Part shown: in pieces, positions 1 through 10,270 of the stretch
Layout: each line of letters begins with the position of its first letter
Numbering within the stretch: position 1 is the first letter of the stretch
IMG/VR virus record: IMGVR_UViG_3300027770_000025
Location: 62,001-126,000 of that record
DNA length: 64,000 nt
Direction: 5' to 3' (one strand)
Position numbers and translations under genes: made by a program
Notes under the pieces: model-generated
Told to the model about the DNA's origin: nothing
What the model saw: only the letters and a program-made list of their open reading frames with translations
Databases searched by the model: none

Positions 1-2
1 GT

Positions 3-1445
3 AGGCAGGTTGCTGACAGATACCACTGTGTTCCATGTGGTATCAGGAAAATCTGATTTCATCTCGATGTTACCTTCTCTAATTAAAACTGAGCCTTTGT
101 CCAGGTTATCATAGATATAAGCTTCTACTATTTTAAAATCCCTAGATCCTTGTATATTCATCAAATAATCCTCGTAATCTTCCTCTTTAGATATCCGAGG
201 CATGATCTTCATGAAATGATCTATCTCGCAAAAGAAATAATGGAAAGAAGCATCTTTAGGATAATTTGATTCATTTAGATAGAATAAACCTTTCTTATCG
301 TTCTTTATTACCGTTTCGGGTATCTGAGAAATCCAGAGCATAGAATTTTCTCCGTATAAGTCATCGGTCTCAAATCTTTGAAAATGCGTGTATCCAATGT
401 TCTTAGCTATATCTAGGACATTGAACAGGTTTACTAAAACTGATAGACCGTGTTTTTGAAGACCCGATTTTAAATTATGAACCGTGAAGTTACCTTTATC
501 CGACCAAAAGTCGACATCTTTCACATCCGGATAATCTTTCTTGAATAGCTGGTTACGGCTATCATAGAAATGATAATCCACCATATCTATGATTTCTTTC
601 TTTATCGAAGTATTTGATACAAGAAAAACGTCCTGCCCATTTGATTTCAATCTATTGATGCATTCTATAAGATTAGATTCTACTTTAGCATCATGAACAA
701 AGCAATCTATTATAGAGATTGTTTTTGTATTTCTTAGGGTCTCTCTCTTTTCTATAATACCAATAGCCTTTACATTATTGTCATTCTTTTCCTCCTCAGA
801 TCTAAGAGAAAACATTCCATGCTCACTGTGTCTATATACGCCGCAATTCCAATTATCACATCTTATTTTACCGCGAAGTGAAATCTCATAGTTAAATGCC
901 CAATCAAGATAAGGAAAATCCCTTATCCATTCTTTTAAAATATTCGGAAAGTTTCTAAAAGTTCTACCGAAGCTGACTATATTAGAATCGAGCAGATCCT
1001 GTGTATTAACCTCATCTTTTTTTGGAAATTTATTATGTCCGGGTTCTGTTGGATCAAATGTCCCGTCGGGCATAAGGCTCACGTATCCAGTAGAGTGCAT
1101 AACATAATCAGGATTACTCTCGAGAAAATCTATTTGCATTTGGAGCTTGTCTGAATTATTTAGATAATCGTCACCGTCTAATATAGTTGCATACTTACCT
1201 TTAGAATTTTCGAGAAGATATTTAATGTTCCCGAACGCTCCTAGATTTTCTGAGCTTTCAAATATAATAACCCTTGGGTCATTTGAGAATTCTTCCCTGA
1301 GTAATCTATTTGTACCATCCCCTGAATGATCATCTCTTATAAGGATCTCGAAGTCGAAATTAGTATTCTGTGACGTGACAGATTTTACACATTCGACTAT
1401 ATAGTTTTCAAAATTATATGATGGTATTATTACGCTTAATATCAT
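3..1445 (-). CDS. Glycosyltransferase family 2 protein with additional C-terminal domain(s); runs off the left window edge
   Basis: Not in ORF track (open end). Manual translation from ATG 1445: MILSVIIPSYNFENYIVECVKSVTSQNTNFDFEILIRDDHSGDGT, a classic GT2 N-terminus. Confidence 0.85.
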   Translation of the reverse strand, partial: MILSVIIPSYNFENYIVECVKSVTSQNTNFDFEILIRDDHSGDGTNRLLREEFSNDPRVIIFESSENLGAFGNIKYLLENSKGKYATILDGDDYLNNSDKLQMQIDFLESNPDYVMHSTGYVSLMPDGTFDPTEPGHNKFPKKDEVNTQDLLDSNIVSFGRTFRNFPNILKEWIRDFPYLDWAFNYEISLRGKIRCDNWNCGVYRHSEHGMFSLRSEEEKNDNNVKAIGIIEKRETLRNTKTISIIDCFVHDAKVESNLIECINRLKSNGQDVFLVSNTSIKKEIIDMVDYHFYDSRNQLFKKDYPDVKDVDFWSDKGNFTVHNLKSGLQKHGLSVLVNLFNVLDIAKNIGYTHFQRFETDDLYGENSMLWISQIPETVIKNDKKGLFYLNESNYPKDASFHYFFCEIDHFMKIMPRISKEEDYEDYLMNIQGSRDFKIVEAYIYDNLDKGSVLIREGNIEMKSDFPDTTWNTVVSVSNLP

Positions 1446-1453
1446 TATAGTGA

Positions 1454-2764
1454 TTAATTCTTATATGAGATGGGATCAAAATAATGTTCATACCATTGGG
1501 TAACTGGAGTATTGTAATAGCTAATCCATCTATGTGCTCCCATACCTAGCCACATTTCAGCAACTGTTCTGTTATCTGGATTTTCTATATTCAATTTTAC
1601 TAATGATGGTAAACTGTTTATATGTTTTGTATTTGACCACCAGAAATTTCCTGAAAAATAATTTTTGAAGTGATAATCAAGAAACATAAAAGACTCTACG
1701 TATAGACATCCGCATACATCACCTTTACTATTAATCAGATCTATTACTGGGGATTTCCATCTTTCTATATTAAAATAGTTCATGCAATCTCTCCAAGAAT
1801 CTATGTATACATTTTCTCCTCTTGACGATCCCTTTGTGTGAAAGTATAAAACAGATCCATTAGGATTTAATCTGCAATAATTTTGAAGATTTATCAGTGT
1901 ATTGAATTCTGCATTATTAACTGAATATCTAACTATTTCTATTTTTATATCAGGGTCATATTTTTTTAAAAGGGACTTAAATGTTTCATAATCTAAGTCT
2001 TTTTGGGAGTACACCCCATAAAAAATCTTATCGGCCCTTTTATAAAGACCAGACTCTTGAATTTTCACGATCTGATCTTCAACGATGCTTTCCCAATGAT
2101 TATCTAAAAAATTATGAGAGAATATAGCCACCCTGCTGTTTCTTAATAATCCTATTCCACCCCACACATCGTATCTCTGGTCCTTGAGAATCCTGTGGAA
2201 TTCGTTATCTCTATTAAAGCTATTGTCCCTCTCATTAGCTATAAATTCAAACCTTTTAGTATATGTTTCCGCTAGTTCGTTCCAAAATTTACTTACAAAT
2301 ATGTTATACCCCTCAGTTTCTTTACTCTGTATGATATCATGGAATGCTAGATATCCATCATCCGATAAGAATTGTTTGTATTTTTCGTAATCGTTCTTAA
2401 CCCCTTCGTATGAGTGATCCCCGTCAATAAAAATAAGATCAAACTTTATATCCAAAGATTTTATCAAGTTAACCGTGTCATTGGAGGTTGAATCCGAAAT
2501 TATGTAGTTATAGCTGGGAAAGCTCTCGCGTATTTTATCAAAATTAGGATGATGTTTGATATCAAGAGATATTACGTTTTCGTAGATATGACACAGTCCA
2601 AAAGAAGTTCCCCCGTAATTAGATCCTATCTCTAGCGCATATTTTCTATTATCACTTGAAGCCAGAAGATCTAGAAGGCCTTTAAATTCTTCTGGCTTTT
2701 GTTCTATGTTAAATGCCAAGCATTTTTCCCAAATTTTATTGAAGTTATATTCCATATTTTTCAT
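1454..2764 (-). CDS. Class I SAM-dependent methyltransferase (Methyltransf_24-like) fused to a glycosyltransferase-like C-terminal domain
   Basis: LEIGSNYGGT and DLIFIDGDHSYEGVKND...FHD motifs; C-terminal YFHTKG...FSGNFWW. Confidence 0.75.
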   Translation of the reverse strand: MKNMEYNFNKIWEKCLAFNIEQKPEEFKGLLDLLASSDNRKYALEIGSNYGGTSFGLCHIYENVISLDIKHHPNFDKIRESFPSYNYIISDSTSNDTVNLIKSLDIKFDLIFIDGDHSYEGVKNDYEKYKQFLSDDGYLAFHDIIQSKETEGYNIFVSKFWNELAETYTKRFEFIANERDNSFNRDNEFHRILKDQRYDVWGGIGLLRNSRVAIFSHNFLDNHWESIVEDQIVKIQESGLYKRADKIFYGVYSQKDLDYETFKSLLKKYDPDIKIEIVRYSVNNAEFNTLINLQNYCRLNPNGSVLYFHTKGSSRGENVYIDSWRDCMNYFNIERWKSPVIDLINSKGDVCGCLYVESFMFLDYHFKNYFSGNFWWSNTKHINSLPSLVKLNIENPDNRTVAEMWLGMGAHRWISYYNTPVTQWYEHYFDPISYKN

Positions 2765-2767
2765 TTT

Positions 2768-3562
2768 TTATTCGCAATCGTTTAAATTATATGCACTTGT
2801 CGAAGAGTCAAATCCAAGATTCACTATATGAAATCTTTTATGAAATAGACTCTTATATTTTTTTGACCATCTGATAGCGAACTCTAATTCTGTTCTCATG
2901 TTATCTCTATCGTAAGTCGTAGAGAATTCTCCTATACTTAAGAATCTTTCCCCGTGATGTGTTCCGGGTCTTAATGTAAAACTCGGCCAGTTTATATAGG
3001 TCATCCAGATGTCAGGTATTATCTGTTGTATTGCTGAAGATTCGTCCATAAAAAGGTTACAATTAAGAGGCTGATTCTCGTCATAATACCATTCCCAATA
3101 TTCACCTATTTCTTTAGGTTTTATGTGTTCAGGAAATTTCTTAAATGACTGTGCAAATCCAGCATATCCATATTCTGTATATTTTTCTAATAGATTTATA
3201 TTTTCTGAGATCCTAAAGAAGTCGACAAATAGATAGTCATCCTCCAGGAGGAAGAAATAATCGGTATTTGTATCTATTAGTTTTTCCCTCAAATTGTTTA
3301 GAATCCTTGCATGCCTATATGTGTCATTAAATGAGCCTTTATAAAAATGAGTTATTATTCTATTTTGATTTGGAAATAATTCAGATAATAGTATTTCCAT
3401 CTTTATCTTATCTTCTTCCGTTGATGAATCATCAAAGAATATAACGTTGTCTATAATTTCCATATCTTCACAAAAAACGGTAAATGCTTTAAGTACCCTA
3501 CTTAAAAGATGCAGTCTCTTACAAGATGTTATTGCTAATGATATTTTTTTACCTGTGTACAT
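2768..3562 (-). CDS. GT-A fold glycosyltransferase
   Basis: ITSCKR start, FFDDSS, FLLEDD motifs; cluster context. Confidence 0.7.
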   Translation of the reverse strand: MYTGKKISLAITSCKRLHLLSRVLKAFTVFCEDMEIIDNVIFFDDSSTEEDKIKMEILLSELFPNQNRIITHFYKGSFNDTYRHARILNNLREKLIDTNTDYFFLLEDDYLFVDFFRISENINLLEKYTEYGYAGFAQSFKKFPEHIKPKEIGEYWEWYYDENQPLNCNLFMDESSAIQQIIPDIWMTYINWPSFTLRPGTHHGERFLSIGEFSTTYDRDNMRTELEFAIRWSKKYKSLFHKRFHIVNLGFDSSTSAYNLNDCE

Positions 3563-4146
3563 TACGATATCTTTTTAATTGGATTTCCAGCATAGGTTCC
3601 GCTTGAAGTAATACTTTTAATTATCCCAGTATTTAGCCCTATTACTACATCATCGCATATTCTGATCTTCTCTCTAACTGAAGAATTTGTTCCTATGTAA
3701 ACCCTATCGCCTACATCAACGTTACCTGAAATTATAGCTCCTGGCATTAAAGAGAAGAAGCTACCTATATTACAATCATGTCCTATATGATTTCCCCTGT
3801 TCATAATGAGATGGTTTCCTATTTTAATGTCACATGTTAATATACAATTAGCCCCGATGAAATATCCATCGCCCAATTCACATTCCCCCATTATTCGTGA
3901 GGTTGGATGTGCATAGGAAAAATATCTAGTATTGGACGGAAGTCTAGATGCTATTTCAGATCTTGAGTTTGATTCACCAACAGCAATCATAACTTCGAAA
4001 TCACCAGGGGAGAATTCACTTAGTGGAAGAACCATAGGATCTGTTGGGGTGTAATATTTATCATCCACGAATCTTGTCATGATTTCTTCCATCTGAGCCA
4101 TCACTTCTCTTGCATGACCCCCATTTCCTATTAGAGCTCTTTTCAT
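3562..4146 (-). CDS. PglD/NeuD-type sugar acetyltransferase (hexapeptide repeat)
   Basis: IGNGGHAREV N-terminus, IGHDC, hexapeptide repeats, GNP C-terminus. Confidence 0.9.
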   Translation of the reverse strand: MKRALIGNGGHAREVMAQMEEIMTRFVDDKYYTPTDPMVLPLSEFSPGDFEVMIAVGESNSRSEIASRLPSNTRYFSYAHPTSRIMGECELGDGYFIGANCILTCDIKIGNHLIMNRGNHIGHDCNIGSFFSLMPGAIISGNVDVGDRVYIGTNSSVREKIRICDDVVIGLNTGIIKSITSSGTYAGNPIKKIS

Positions 4147-4775
4147 TTAGTTTTATAAATATCAAATTTACTCAAATCTGGGTACGGTAATTCCAAATCA
4201 TCCTGGTGCTTCTTTGTGCCGTCCATATTATAGAATTGTCCCATTAAAAGCATTCCCCTAGTAGCAAGTTCAGGCATCATATAAAAATTCCACCCCAGCA
4301 TATCAAAATAGTCATCATGATATGAGCATTCTCTTCTTCCACTATATCTTGCCCTTTTGAACCAGAGATACGCATCATGGGAATCAGTAAGTATTGCTCC
4401 GCCTTTACTAAGCTTAAAATGCTTATATGGACCAGTAAAAGAAATGCACATATGGGTATCTGGAATATACATGTCTGCAGTAAATCTTAGTGCAGAATCC
4501 CATACCTTACTTGGAAAAAGCTGATAAGCTCCTTTAATGGTCTTACCCTCTACAGGTTCGAATTCTACGTGTGCTCCTGCATGGATGATCTCGCACGGTA
4601 CGGACGGGTACGTCCTCGCGGGTATCTTTATAACCTCGCCTTTTACTTTTTCGTACATCAGAGCAAGAAACAAAGCATTGCTTTGATTGTCCACCGTTAC
4701 CACGTATGGAGCTCCTGTATAATCGGATAGGGCTTTCTCAAAGTCTTCCGTTATTTTATATACACCTGTTGCCAT
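4143..4775 (-). CDS. Short DegT/DnrJ/EryC1/StrS-family PLP aminotransferase
   Basis: FEKALSDYTGAPYVVTV, DSA, SFTGPYKH..GG, GWNFYM. Confidence 0.85.
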   Translation of the reverse strand: MATGVYKITEDFEKALSDYTGAPYVVTVDNQSNALFLALMYEKVKGEVIKIPARTYPSVPCEIIHAGAHVEFEPVEGKTIKGAYQLFPSKVWDSALRFTADMYIPDTHMCISFTGPYKHFKLSKGGAILTDSHDAYLWFKRARYSGRRECSYHDDYFDMLGWNFYMMPELATRGMLLMGQFYNMDGTKKHQDDLELPYPDLSKFDIYKTK

Positions 4776-4826
4776 TAAATAATGTTTAATTATTCTACTG
4801 CAACAAATGTTTTTTATTTCGTCTTG

Positions 4827-5453
4827 TTATTCGGATATTTCGAAAAACTTATCCTGGATAACCTCCACCTTATTCTTAAGGTTTTTCAGTCTGGAGATCT
4901 CTGATGGATTACCCGATGTATCTATGATTTTCCCGATATGATCGAGTAGCAGATAGCATAAACTTGCTAATTGTGATGTGAATTTACCATGCTCAGTGTA
5001 GTATGGAGCGTATGTGTCTTTGTTCTTTAGGTCTATTAAGTCAACTAAAAAATCTTCTAGATAAGATACAGTTTTTTCTGGGTTTCCTATAAAGATCTCT
5101 TCTCCAGTATCTTCATCCTCTTCAACTGATGCTTTTAAGATTTGATCCATTTCTGATATCATTCTTTCTAGCTCTGATTTGGCATCTATCATATTCCTTG
5201 ACATTTTTAATGCCTCCTCTTTATTGATCTTTGTGAGTGCGTCATAGGGAACAGATACGACTGAAGCCGGCCCGTTTATTAACTGAACCTTTGCCATACC
5301 ATTAGACAATGATAAGAATTTTGCTGGGCCTCTATATGATGTTACCCAATCGCCTTCCACGATATTAGGATCTGAATCGTCATGAAATTCAGATTCCGGA
5401 TCCTCCATAAATTTATCAAGATCGAAATCTTCGAAAAGTTTTACGTGCTTCAA
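4827..5453 (-). CDS. Hypothetical protein with capsid-targeting-like (CTS-like) N-terminal tag
   Basis: Starts MKHVKLFEDF. Confidence 0.7.
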   Translation of the reverse strand: MKHVKLFEDFDLDKFMEDPESEFHDDSDPNIVEGDWVTSYRGPAKFLSLSNGMAKVQLINGPASVVSVPYDALTKINKEEALKMSRNMIDAKSELERMISEMDQILKASVEEDEDTGEEIFIGNPEKTVSYLEDFLVDLIDLKNKDTYAPYYTEHGKFTSQLASLCYLLLDHIGKIIDTSGNPSEISRLKNLKNKVEVIQDKFFEISE

Positions 5454-5455
5454 AA

Positions 5456-5674
5456 TTACTTTTTGAATTCTTTCTTAGCTTCAGCGAAATCCTCTTCAGA
5501 TAGCTTCCAACCCTTTTTAACCTTTGAAAGATAAACCTGAGCACCCTTAAGAGTCGGTACTTTAGCCTCCTCGAAATATTGTTTAAGGTCTTTGTAAATT
5601 GCAGGACTGATCCCCTCTTTTTCTGTTATCTTTCCTTCTAATAGGAAGGTTTGGTATGATTTAATGTTTTCCAT
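5456..5674 (-). CDS. Small CTS-like-tagged hypothetical protein
   Basis: MENIKSYQTFLLE. Confidence 0.7.
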   Translation of the reverse strand: MENIKSYQTFLLEGKITEKEGISPAIYKDLKQYFEEAKVPTLKGAQVYLSKVKKGWKLSEEDFAEAKKEFKK

Positions 5675-5691
5675 TTGTTTGCTTAATTTAA

Positions 5692-5979
5692 TTATATATC
5701 TCTAATCTTCTCAACTATTACTGAAAGATCCCCTGTCCCTTTTATTAATCTGTGCCAGGTTCCCTTTGGTATTCTAATTGTTGATTTGATTTGTACTGGT
5801 AGCTTGTTATCAATCTGTAATTGCCAATCTGTTTCATGTACCCGATGCACTAATCTATCCTCTTCGTCCCAGTGCCACTTAAATTCTTCAGAACCACTAT
5901 ACTCAGAAAATTTCCTGATTACTGTTTCAGTTCTCCCTGAAGATACTAATGTCTCCTGGTATGGGTGGGATTTTACCAT
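5692..5979 (-). CDS. Cupin-like small phage protein
   Basis: WHWD...IPKGTWHRLIKG. Confidence 0.65.
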   Translation of the reverse strand: MVKSHPYQETLVSSGRTETVIRKFSEYSGSEEFKWHWDEEDRLVHRVHETDWQLQIDNKLPVQIKSTIRIPKGTWHRLIKGTGDLSVIVEKIRDI

Positions 5980-6560
5980 GGGTTGCTTGATTTTATGTTT
6001 AGTAGTTTTCTATATCTAGCAACGTTGCAAGACCACCATTTTGCTTTCCATCTCGGGCCTGGATTATCGCATTGCATTCTTTTCTGGAATGATCTGGCTT
6101 TTTTTGGATCATTGTTATTCACTCTCATGCCAGGTTGACCAAACCCGACCTTTACGACTTTGCCCCTATCATTCTTAGCGTATACAGCAAATTTTCTAGG
6201 ACCCCCTGGTGTTCTGAATGGCTTATTCAGATCCACCTTTCTGCCTTGGTATTCTGCCTCGTCTATCTCTTCATCACCTAGATAAAATGGAACATCTAAA
6301 AGAACTTCTTCCCCTTCATAAATTCCAGTTCTCCCCGCATCAGTACTTATCAGAATTAGATCATCTTCATCAAGATCTATTGATCCTGATTCCCAAAGTG
6401 TTCTAGCTTCATTTATTAATGCTAGCCAAGCATCAGACTCTATTCTATAAACGCTTTCCATTAACGGTAAACCGTTATCTATGTGGTACCTTAAACCTTC
6501 GCTTAGATTAGTGTTTATTTGGCTGTGTGTGATCGATTCAAACGTTTGTATATACTTCAC
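5973..6560 (-). CDS. Conserved large-phage protein, CTS-like tag, basic C-terminal domain
   Basis: MKYIQTFES; EAEYQGRKV..KPFRTPGGPRKFAVY..KVGFG..RSFQKRMQCD. Confidence 0.7.
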   Translation of the reverse strand: MKYIQTFESITHSQINTNLSEGLRYHIDNGLPLMESVYRIESDAWLALINEARTLWESGSIDLDEDDLILISTDAGRTGIYEGEEVLLDVPFYLGDEEIDEAEYQGRKVDLNKPFRTPGGPRKFAVYAKNDRGKVVKVGFGQPGMRVNNNDPKKARSFQKRMQCDNPGPRWKAKWWSCNVARYRKLLNIKSSNPW

Positions 6561-6693
6561 AGGGTATTTGTTTATTTGTTAGTAGCGAGCTTTAATAGCT
6601 GCTTATTATATATCAGAAACATTTGTCTAATCCGGATAAATTTTTTTTAGCCGTAACATAGTCCTATATTTGCACTTATAAAAGATAAAAAAC

Positions 6694-7173
6694 ATGGAAG
6701 AAGCAGTTAATTATTATTTGCACAGAATCAACACTGAGAAGAAAACAGGTTATATGTTTGGATTTATGCCGTTTCCCGCAGGGTCACCTGTGATGTTTAC
6801 CCTCGTGAATGTTGTTCTGTTTGCTCTTATCGGGATATACTTCAAAGCTCCTTTGTTAATGCTTCCACCCCTATTAACTATCGCATGGGAGCACTACATT
6901 ATATCATATCAAAGAAACATACTATTTGATGATTGTATGGCAAGCGAAGCTCTTATGCAGAACGAATTTAAAACCAAAGGTGCAGATCCTAATTTTCCAT
7001 TAGATCCTTTATACGTAACAAAAAGCGATCGTGAAGAAATATTCGATGAGTGTGAGGAATGGGTGGTAAGGGGTAGCTTAGTTGATAAACTAAAAAGCCA
7101 CCAAGCATTTATTTTAATACTGGTGGCTTCTTATATAGTAGCTTACTTCCTATTGAAGAATCTCGTTATTTAA
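6694..7173 (+). CDS. Membrane protein under an early-type promoter
   Basis: Hydrophobic segments; upstream ttttttttagccg...tatatttg. Confidence 0.65.
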   Translation: MEEAVNYYLHRINTEKKTGYMFGFMPFPAGSPVMFTLVNVVLFALIGIYFKAPLLMLPPLLTIAWEHYIISYQRNILFDDCMASEALMQNEFKTKGADPNFPLDPLYVTKSDREEIFDECEEWVVRGSLVDKLKSHQAFILILVASYIVAYFLLKNLVI

Positions 7174-7999
7174 TTCCTTTCTCTTTTAGGAATTTTTGAT
7201 ATGCTAATTTAACTTTTTCTACTGTTACGTTAAGATCTCTAGAAAGCCTAGAGATTGCAGCTTTTTGGGCTTTAGCTGTATCGTTTTTATAAATAGCTAC
7301 TGCCTTTAATGAGTTGATCAGCGAGTGAACCTTTTCGCCTAATCTAATTTGGTTAATCTTTTGCTCGAATCTTCTAGCAGCTGCTCTGGGACCTTCTGAA
7401 GCTGCAGCGTCTCTGTTCTTAGTGAACATAGTATTATCCTGGATAGCCTCACTAGCAAGTGCAGCAATTTCTCTAGGAGTTCTAGAGTTGAATTCGTTAA
7501 AGGCTTTAATTATTTTAGGGTAGATAGCTTCACCTGAAGTTTCACCCTCGCCACTAATTAGATTTCTGAATTTTTTAACAGTTCTTCGAACTGTCTCAGC
7601 AGAATCTAATCCAATTGCATCAGCAAATGCGGGACCTGTAATATTAAATACACCTTCTTTATCAATCTCTCCGAAATCTTTTATACCATCTATCATGATG
7701 GTGTATGTTCCGTAGTGGTTATCCTTAACCTTACCTAATGCTCTTAGATATAGAGCAGCCAATTGAGGTTTGCCCATGATCTGAAAATCTCTAGCAAGTG
7801 CAGCCTTTTCACCACTGGTTAATTCAGCATCATCATCTCCCCAATCATCTTCATCATCATCTTCATAAAGATCGCTTTCGAATACTGAGCTTAGATCTTC
7901 TTCCTGGTCGGCTTTCCAATCTTCATATATTGAGTCTGCGATTTCCATATCAGTTTGGTAATCCTCAGAGTATTGTTCAAATAGTTTAATGTTTTTCAT
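7166..7999 (-). CDS. CTS-like-tagged acidic hypothetical protein (start revised to 7999)
   Basis: MKNIKLFEQY; GATATATA ~25 nt upstream on minus strand. Confidence 0.7.
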   Translation of the reverse strand: MKNIKLFEQYSEDYQTDMEIADSIYEDWKADQEEDLSSVFESDLYEDDDEDDWGDDDAELTSGEKAALARDFQIMGKPQLAALYLRALGKVKDNHYGTYTIMIDGIKDFGEIDKEGVFNITGPAFADAIGLDSAETVRRTVKKFRNLISGEGETSGEAIYPKIIKAFNEFNSRTPREIAALASEAIQDNTMFTKNRDAAASEGPRAAARRFEQKINQIRLGEKVHSLINSLKAVAIYKNDTAKAQKAAISRLSRDLNVTVEKVKLAYQKFLKEKGIK

Positions 8000-8151
8000 G
8001 TGTGTTTTTTTATTTATCCCATATATATCTTTACACAGTCCCATATATTTACACATGATTTTTTTTCTAAGGACCTTGGTAATCAGTTATTTATGGCATG
8101 TTTATTGAAGTCATTAATGTTAACCTGGGGTAAATTAATAAAAAATTTGAT

Positions 8152-8188
8152 TTTTATTTTTTTTACCCGTGAAATGTTCATAACTTTG
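8152..8188 (+). promoter_or_regulatory. Early-type promoter of the sigma gene
   Basis: T-tract-ACCCG-N11-TAACTTTG; the last part matches the Bacteroidota -7 box TAnnTTTG. Confidence 0.6.
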
Positions 8189-8284
8189 TGGAATAACATA
8201 AAGATATGAATATTAACAATTTAAAACAAAAATTACAGAAACCCACCACATTGGTGTTAGTAAGTTATTAAGAAGGAGGACAAA

Positions 8285-9199
8285 ATGAGACAATTCAAAA
8301 TTACTGAGAGAATTACACCCAGGTCATCTAAATCGATCGCAGCTTACTATACAGAGGTTGAGAGGTATCCTATTATTACACCTCAGGAAGAGGTTGAACT
8401 AGCTAGGAGGATTCAAGAAGGTGATAAGGTAGCAAGGGATAAGCTGGCAACTGCCAATCTCAGATTTGTTATATCTGTTGCTAAGATGTATGGGGGAACT
8501 GGAGATCCTGAAATGTTTAATGATTTGATTTCTGCTGGAAATGTAGGTCTGATAGAGGCCGCAGAGAAATTTGACCCTTCAAGGGGTTTCAAATTTATAT
8601 CATTTGCTGTTTGGCATATTCGTAAGGAAATGCTTAAATACCTAGGTGATAATACCAGAATGGTTAGGATACCCCAAAATAAAACAAACGAGATCCGTGC
8701 TATAATGGAGGTCACGAATACTCTAACAATGAAATTGGGGAGAGAAGCCACAATAGAGGAAGTTATGGAGTATGTGGAGGATACTGGTGATATAAGGGTT
8801 AAGTCTTTATCAATTGACAGAGCAAATATCATGAGTGTAATGAATGCCGACAGAAAACCTGCTTCTCTAGATGCTCCGTTTAAGAATGACGGAAGTAACG
8901 ACAGCACAATGCACGATGTAATTGCAAGTGATCTAAGTAGTGCTGATAGCTTCAGTGTTGCAGAAAACATGGAAAAGATGACAAAGATGCTTACTGCTAC
9001 ACTAAGCCCAATAGCAAAAACCATAGTGTTAAGACGCCACGGAATTGGAGGTGGTTTTGAAGAAAGCTATGGTAGTATTGGACATGACTTAGGAATGTCA
9101 TCAGAAAGAATTCGCCAAATCTATATGAAATCACTTAAGATTATGGGCATCAGAGTTAGAAAATTAAAGTTACAGGGTGATGACATCTTCACTGATTAA
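8285..9199 (+). CDS. rpoD: Sigma-70 family factor, Bacteroidota primary-sigma-like (RpoD/SigA)
   Basis: MRQFKITERIT N-terminus typical of Bacteroidota sigma-A; NLRFVISVAK, GNVGLIEAAEKFDPSRGFKFISFAVW, ERIRQI. Confidence 0.9.
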   Translation: MRQFKITERITPRSSKSIAAYYTEVERYPIITPQEEVELARRIQEGDKVARDKLATANLRFVISVAKMYGGTGDPEMFNDLISAGNVGLIEAAEKFDPSRGFKFISFAVWHIRKEMLKYLGDNTRMVRIPQNKTNEIRAIMEVTNTLTMKLGREATIEEVMEYVEDTGDIRVKSLSIDRANIMSVMNADRKPASLDAPFKNDGSNDSTMHDVIASDLSSADSFSVAENMEKMTKMLTATLSPIAKTIVLRRHGIGGGFEESYGSIGHDLGMSSERIRQIYMKSLKIMGIRVRKLKLQGDDIFTD

Positions 9200-9217
9200 T
9201 AACAAAATAAATCACAT

Positions 9218-9248
9218 AAAAAAGGCCTAAGAAATTAGGCCTTTTTTT
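9218..9248. terminator. Bidirectional intrinsic terminator
   Basis: aaaaaaggcctaa-gaaa-ttaggccttttttt between convergent genes. Confidence 0.85.
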
Positions 9249-9249
9249 A

Positions 9250-9570
9250 TTAGTCGTTGTTTCTAAATTTATGGGGAAATATCATACGCAGTTCATGTCC
9301 CATTGGGATATCTTTCTTTCTCATTCCAAACACCTTCTCTTCAGGACAGCATGATTTGCCGTCCATCTTGAATCCGTTATTACAACACCATGTCTCAATA
9401 GATCGCGTGTACTGCTGTCCAACAGAGTAAGGAAAGCTAACACCTGAATCGTTTACTAAGTCCTTTATACGGCCACCTAATACGGTAAACGTGATGGCTC
9501 TGTTTTGTCTTGAAGACAGTACAACTTCTCGCCCATCGTTATAAGCTTCAAATAGTTCTAGATTTTCCAT
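9250..9570 (-). CDS. CTS-like-tagged hypothetical protein
   Basis: MENLELFEAY; GATATATA upstream. Confidence 0.7.
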   Translation of the reverse strand: MENLELFEAYNDGREVVLSSRQNRAITFTVLGGRIKDLVNDSGVSFPYSVGQQYTRSIETWCCNNGFKMDGKSCCPEEKVFGMRKKDIPMGHELRMIFPHKFRNND

Positions 9571-9685
9571 AACTTATATATCTTTACCTGCTCCAGTAAG
9601 CATCACCCCAGTTATTGGATGTCCACCAATTCTCCCTGAGTGCAAATCCATGATCTGCTAGAGTGGGAAATGAGTTCCAGTAAAA

Positions 9686-10270
9686 TTAAAATTGGTTTTT
9701 GATCCGGTTAACCTTGAGAACAGCATCAAGCTTCTTCTTGTCCCAGTTAAGCAACCTGATGATACTATCATACATCTCCTGGTCGTCCTCGTACATCAGA
9801 AGTTTCTCGGGATCTTTCTCGATGGATCTGGCTAGGTACTTGATGTTAAAACTATTGTTCACGCTGCCCATCATGATCTCTTTTGGATTAGCAAAGAGCT
9901 TCTCAAGCATGTCAGACACCTTATAACAGTTTTCGTTGGACTCAGAATGGTAGCCATCGGCTCCCGATTTAATGCTGAATCCATGCCAGAATTGGTAATC
10001 AGCCTCTCCAATCTCCATGGCGTTGAACACGTGGGTCATTAGATCATCAACATCCTTAAACTCTGTTGGCTCATCCTCGTCATCGTCACCGAATCCTAGA
10101 TCCTCATTAACAGCCTGGGCAAAATCGTAAAACGTGTCGTAAATGCCGGCCAACGTGTAACTCATTGCCAAGTCCCTACTGCCTGCAGTGAGGCTGATCA
10201 CAAATCCCATCGGGCCGCTTTCTGCGCTCTCGTTCAGCAGATAGCTTTCATATTGAGTTAAGTTGTTCAT
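9686..10270 (-). CDS. CTS-like-tagged hypothetical protein
   Basis: MNNLTQYESYLLNE. Confidence 0.7.
   Translation of the reverse strand: MNNLTQYESYLLNESAESGPMGFVISLTAGSRDLAMSYTLAGIYDTFYDFAQAVNEDLGFGDDDEDEPTEFKDVDDLMTHVFNAMEIGEADYQFWHGFSIKSGADGYHSESNENCYKVSDMLEKLFANPKEIMMGSVNNSFNIKYLARSIEKDPEKLLMYEDDQEMYDSIIRLLNWDKKKLDAVLKVNRIKNQF

Noticed and set aside
8413-9024. 203-aa antisense ORF within the sigma gene, and similar antisense ORFs (27296, 52611, 61452)
   Set aside because: Shadow ORFs opposite well-supported genes.
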